NCBI GenBank assembly: GCA_951406725.2
Contig: OX597819.1
Location: 132,928,001-132,992,000, forward strand
Origin: Octopus vulgaris
Lineage: Eukaryota
Direction: 5' to 3'
Length of the DNA stretch: 64,000 nucleotides
The notes under the pieces are model-generated. The model was not told where the DNA came from, searched no databases, and was given only the letters and a program-made list of their open reading frames with translations. The position numbers and the translations under genes are program-made. Within the stretch, counting starts at the first letter, position 1; each line of letters opens with the position of its first letter. Shown here one piece after another: positions 58,080 through 64,000 of this stretch.

Positions 58080-61000
58080 GTTAAATGAAATTATTTACGC
58101 TTCTGCTAGGGCAATTGAAACCAGCTGTATGCCCCCGAAAAAACAAAGAAAACAAAACCTGGGAAGAAATCAAACCTGGAGAAGTAAAATTGAAAAAGAG
58201 ATTGAATTTATGAGAGGGGAAATATCAATATTAAATGAACTAATATGTGGAAATGATGTAAGATCCAGAACAGGAAGAAAGATGAAGAGAAAATTTGGAT
58301 CCTCACCAAGAGAAGAACTGATATCAATAAAAGAAACGCTGAAACAAAAAGTCCAAGCAAAAGCCCAAAGAATACGAAGATTTGAGAAGAGAAACAAGTT
58401 TTACAAGCAAAATAAGCTGTTCACATCCAATGCCAAAAAATTCTACAGAGAAATAGGGAAGGAGAAAGTAACCGTTAAAGACCCCCCTCCCATGGAAGAA
58501 GTTCAAAACTTTTGGGAAAGGATTTGGAGTGACAAGAAGACGTACAACATAAATGCAGACTGGATTATACAAACTGAAGGATCCTACCAAAATTTACAAC
58601 AACAAGCATGGGAAGACATCACAATAGCAGACCTAAGAAAGGCACTCACGAAGGCCCATAATTGGAAATCCCCCGGTAAAGATAGGGTACCGAATTTCTG
58701 GCTCGCATCGCTCCCGTGCGCACACGGTAAGCTAGTTCAGCTGCTCAATGGAATTTTGAGAGACCCAAAGAAAACACCTGAATGGTTAGCAAGTGGCATT
58801 ACTTACCTACTCCCAAAGAATAACGAAACCAACCTTCCAAAAAACTATCGGCCTATAACCTGTCTATCCACCACGTATAAAATCCTAACATCTATCCTGG
58901 CGGAGAAAACATATGCATTCATGGAGAAGAACGATATTTTCCCCATTGAACAAAAAGGGTGCCGCCGAGGCTCTTACGGATGCAAAGATCAACTGCTAAT
59001 CAATCGTATGATCCTTGAGAACTGTCACAACAAGCGCAGAAATCTCAGCACCGCATGGATTGACTATAAAAAGGCCTTCGACAGTATACCGCATCCATGG
59101 ATCTTGAGATCGCTGGACATCTTTAAAATTTCCCCTGTGATTTCAAACTTCCTGAAGCACAATATGTCGTTGTGGAATACGAATCTCCAATTATACCACT
59201 CTAATGGAGTACTTGCCTCAGAAAATATAAACATCAACTGTGGAATTTTTCAAGGTGACTCACTTTCACCTTTAATATTCTGCATAGCCCTAATACCCCT
59301 TACAAGTGAATTAAACAGAACAGGGTATGGGTATAAAATTGCCAATAAAAAAATAAGCCATCTATTTTATATGGATGACTTAAAACTTTATGGTAAAGAC
59401 AATAATGAACTTGAAGGCCTATTGTGCACCGTGAAAGCATTCAGCGATGACATCGGGATGGAGTTTGGACTTGAGAAGTGTGCCAAGGCCACTTTCCAGA
59501 AAGGGAAAGTGAAGACCACAAATTCAGTCGTGTTAGATGTTGACACAGTCATAAGAGAGCTTGAGCAAGAACAGACATACAAATATTTAGGGATAAATGA
59601 AGGCTCTGGTATTCAGCATGCAAGCATGAAAGAGAAAATCAGGAAGGAATGTTATAGGAGAGTTCGTGCAGTCCTGAAATCTGAACTAAATGCACGTAAC
59701 AAGGTGTTAGCTATAAATTCCTTAGCAGTTCCAGTTGTTACTTATAGCTACAATGTGTTGAACTGGAATATGAGTGAAGTAAAGAATATAGATAGAAAAA
59801 TACGCAAGCTGCTGAGTTGTAATAGGATGCACCACCCAAAGGCAGACGTAGATCGCCTTTACCTTCCCAGAGCCCAAGGAGGTCGAGGCCTGATCCAATT
59901 TGAACTAGCTTACAAAACAACCACAATTGGACTGGCCAAATATCTCGAAATATCGAATGACTGGATGCTAAAGCTCGTGGAAAATCACGAGAGACGAAAG
60001 AAGCTTCATTCTATCATCAAGGAAAGCAAAAAATTTGCTATTGATCTCGTGCAGGATACCCAAACTGAACAACCCGAGGGAAGTACGGCAACTATTGTTG
60101 CAAAGAAGGTGAAAATGATGGCAATGAAAAAAGCGCACGAGCAATTGGCTGATAGGTGGGAGGAGAAACCTCTGCACGGCAAATATGTGACCCGCAGCAA
60201 ACAAGCTGATGTTGACCAGAAGCAAACCCATCAGTGGCTGCGGAGCTCAGGGCTAAAAGCAGAGAGCGAAGGTTTCATCCTGGCTGCTCAAGACCAAAGC
60301 CTATTAACCCGGAACTACCAGGCCAATGTGATGAAAAATGGAGCAGACCCAAAATGCCGATTCTGCAACGACATGATTGAAACAGTGGACCACCTAATCT
60401 CTGGATGTAAAGTCTTAGCACCAGTGGAGTATAAATTAAGACATGACAGAGTTGGCCAATATCTCCACTGGCTAATAAGTCGGCATTACAATATCAAAAC
60501 TGCCGACAAGTGGTATAATCACCACCCTGAGGCTGTAACTGAAGGAGAAAATGTAACCATTCTGTGGGACTTTCCAGTACATACAGACCGAACCATCAAG
60601 GCCAATAAACCAGATATTGTTGTGAAAGACCAAAACAATAAAGTTTGCTTATTGATCGACATGAGCATCCCCTGTGATCATAATATCTCAGCGAAAGAGT
60701 TTGACAAGCTCAGAAAATATAAAGACCTACTCATTGAAATTGAGAAAATGTGGCATCTCAAGGCGGTTACAATACCAGTGATCGTAGGAGCACTAGGAAT
60801 GATCAAGAAGGGAACCGAAAATTATATGAGAATTATCCCTGGCTTACCATCCCTGCAAGAAGTGCAAAAGATTGTCTTAACTGGTACATCACACGTATTG
60901 AGAAGAGCATTGTCGATGTGAGAACTGTTGCTGCTCATGTATTTTAATTTAACTTAAAAAAAAAAAAAAAAAAATGAACGAACTACTGAGTTTGGTTTAA

Positions 61001-61095
61001 TGGCCTACCAATATACACTATGAGTTTCTTTGCCCTAGGAGTCGGGAAGACACTCGGCAAGAAATGGAAGAAAATTTGAAAGAAGAAAAAAAAAA
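58080..61095 (+). mobile_element. R4/Dong family 1 element (young), ending in (TAA)n
   Basis: Intact frame, 3' UTR 60922-61095, TAA tail 61097-61195. Confidence 0.92.
58081..60921 (+). CDS. R4/Dong-clade non-LTR polyprotein (RT, CCHC knuckle, restriction-like endonuclease), uninterrupted, N-terminus missing
   Basis: WKSPGKD, YRPITCL, QKGC, WIDYKKAFDS, GIFQGDSLSP, YMDD, YKYLG, CRFC...ETVDHLISGC, RHD, KPDIV...LIDM...K..KY..L (PD-D/ExK). No stops over ~946 codons. Confidence 0.92.
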   Translation, partial: LNEIIYASARAIETSCMPPKKQRKQNLGRNQTWRSKIEKEIEFMRGEISILNELICGNDVRSRTGRKMKRKFGSSPREELISIKETLKQKVQAKAQRIRRFEKRNKFYKQNKLFTSNAKKFYREIGKEKVTVKDPPPMEEVQNFWERIWSDKKTYNINADWIIQTEGSYQNLQQQAWEDITIADLRKALTKAHNWKSPGKDRVPNFWLASLPCAHGKLVQLLNGILRDPKKTPEWLASGITYLLPKNNETNLPKNYRPITCLSTTYKILTSILAEKTYAFMEKNDIFPIEQKGCRRGSYGCKDQLLINRMILENCHNKRRNLSTAWIDYKKAFDSIPHPWILRSLDIFKISPVISNFLKHNMSLWNTNLQLYHSNGVLASENININCGIFQGDSLSPLIFCIALIPLTSELNRTGYGYKIANKKISHLFYMDDLKLYGKDNNELEGLLCTVKAFSDDIGMEFGLEKCAKATFQKGKVKTTNSVVLDVDTVIRELEQEQTYKYLGINEGSGIQHASMKEKIRKECYRRVRAVLKSELNARNKVLAINSLAVPVVTYSYNVLNWNMSEVKNIDRKIRKLLSCNRMHHPKADVDRLYLPRAQGGRGLIQFELAYKTTTIGLAKYLEISNDWMLKLVENHERRKKLHSIIKESKKFAIDLVQDTQTEQPEGSTATIVAKKVKMMAMKKAHEQLADRWEEKPLHGKYVTRSKQADVDQKQTHQWLRSSGLKAESEGFILAAQDQSLLTRNYQANVMKNGADPKCRFCNDMIETVDHLISGCKVLAPVEYKLRHDRVGQYLHWLISRHYNIKTADKWYNHHPEAVTEGENVTILWDFPVHTDRTIKANKPDIVVKDQNNKVCLLIDMSIPCDHNISAKEFDKLRKYKDLLIEIEKMWHLKAVTIPVIVGALGMIKKGTENYMRIIPGLPSLQEVQKIVLTGTSHVLRRALSM

Positions 61096-62570
<1,475 letters not shown>

Positions 62571-63235
62571 TGGAGTATAAATTAAGACATGACAGAGTTG
62601 GCCAATATCTCCAATGGCTAATAAGTCGGCATTACAATATCAAAACTGCCGACAAGTGGTATAATCACCACCCTGAGGCTGTAACTGAAGGAGAAAATGT
62701 AACCATTCTGTGGGACTTTCCAGTACATACAGACCGAACCATCAAGGCCAATAAACCAGATATTGTTGTGAAAGACCAAAACAATAAAGTTTGCTTATTG
62801 ATCGACATGAGCATCCCCTGTGATCATAATATCTCAGCGAAAGAGCTTGACAAGCTCAGAAAATATAAAGACCTACTCATTGAAATTGAGAAAATGTGGC
62901 ATCTCAAGGCGGTTACAATACCAGTGATCGTGGGAGCACTAGGAATGATCAAGAAGGGAACCGAAAATTATATGAGAATGATCCCTGGCTTACCATCCCT
63001 GCAAGAAGTGCAAAAGATTGTCTTAACTGGTACATCACACGTATTGAGAAGAGCATTGTCGATGTGAGAACTGTTACTGCTCATGTATTTTAATTTAACT
63101 TAAAAAAAAAAAATGAACGAACTACTGAGTTTGGTTTAATGGCCTACCAATGTATACTATGAGTTTCTTTGCCCTAGGAGTCGGGAAGACACTCGGCAAG
63201 AAATGGAAGCAAATTTGAAAGAAGAAAAAAGAAGC
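62571..63235 (+). mobile_element. 5'-truncated second copy of R4/Dong family 1
   Basis: Near-identical to 60425-61095 with few substitutions; flanked by (TAA)n. Confidence 0.93.
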
Positions 63236-63269
<34 letters not shown>

Positions 63270-63863
63270 GCAACAATAGCAGCAACAGCAGCATAACAAC
63301 GGCAGCAAGGACAACAACAGCAATATTAATCATGATATGATCTAATGAGGAAGTGAAGCCGTGTGACAACTCTCCCTCGTGATTTTCAAAGAGAGGAATA
63401 AATTTATATATAAATTCATTTGTGCATTTCTATTTCTCTAGAAGAGCTTGGAACCATCTTCTCGTCATTGGAAATTCAGTATTAAAAGAGTTCTGGCCAC
63501 CGTGCTGCGAACATTCGATTACTCTTTTAGATTCCCGATGTCGATATCAATAGAAGCTACGCTTTTAGGGCTCTTCTTTTTTTTTGTCGTGATTTTTCTG
63601 TGCTTCATCGATCTTTTATCGGTGACACAAAATTCGAAATTACTTTTGATTTTCAAACATATGCACAGACTCACACACGCACGCAAACACGCACACACAC
63701 ACACACACACACACATTCACATACGTATACTCTAAGAAAGATACACACACTAATACACACACGTGTGCACATACACATTCTGAATACACATTCACACACT
63801 CACACACACTCAGTCATACTCGCACATAGGAGCACTCACATATCCTGACATTCCCCTTGTGTG

Positions 63864-63898
<35 letters not shown>

Positions 63899-63956
63899 AT
63901 TAAATAAACGCACATCGATACCCGATACATATATACATATACACATTTACCAACTG

Positions 63957-63987
<31 letters not shown>

Positions 63988-64000
63988 GTATATATACACA

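Overview
AT-rich, repeat-saturated, gene-free eukaryotic DNA. The repeat types and microsatellite load look like a cephalopod (Octopus-type) genome; this is an inference, not a database result. No intact host gene was recognised, and most short ORFs are microsatellite translations. The window holds: (i) a train of R4/Dong-type RT+RLE non-LTR retrotransposons in (TAA)n at 56.7-63.3 kb, including a near-intact ~950-aa RT-CCHC-RLE frame, plus older R4/Dong relics; (ii) CR1-like, Tx1-like and RTE-like fragments; (iii) two decayed Penelope-like (RT + GIY-YIG) elements; (iv) one complete-ended but dead mariner and one mariner relic; (v) three SINE families; (vi) many micro- and minisatellites, including a ~1.9-kb (TTA)n array with a 511-bp internal duplication. 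The most notable hidden layer is a set of minimal type-I hammerhead-ribozyme motifs: about five good and several decayed, mostly with palindromic stem III. Two sit in unusual non-coding units. One is a tRNA-headed SINE-like element carrying a hammerhead, inserted in Penelope-style inverted-plus-direct form with a 13-bp TSD (52633-53102). The other is a ~720-bp foldback with a hammerhead at its apex (34711-35430). All structures were read by eye; none has been folded computationally or tested.
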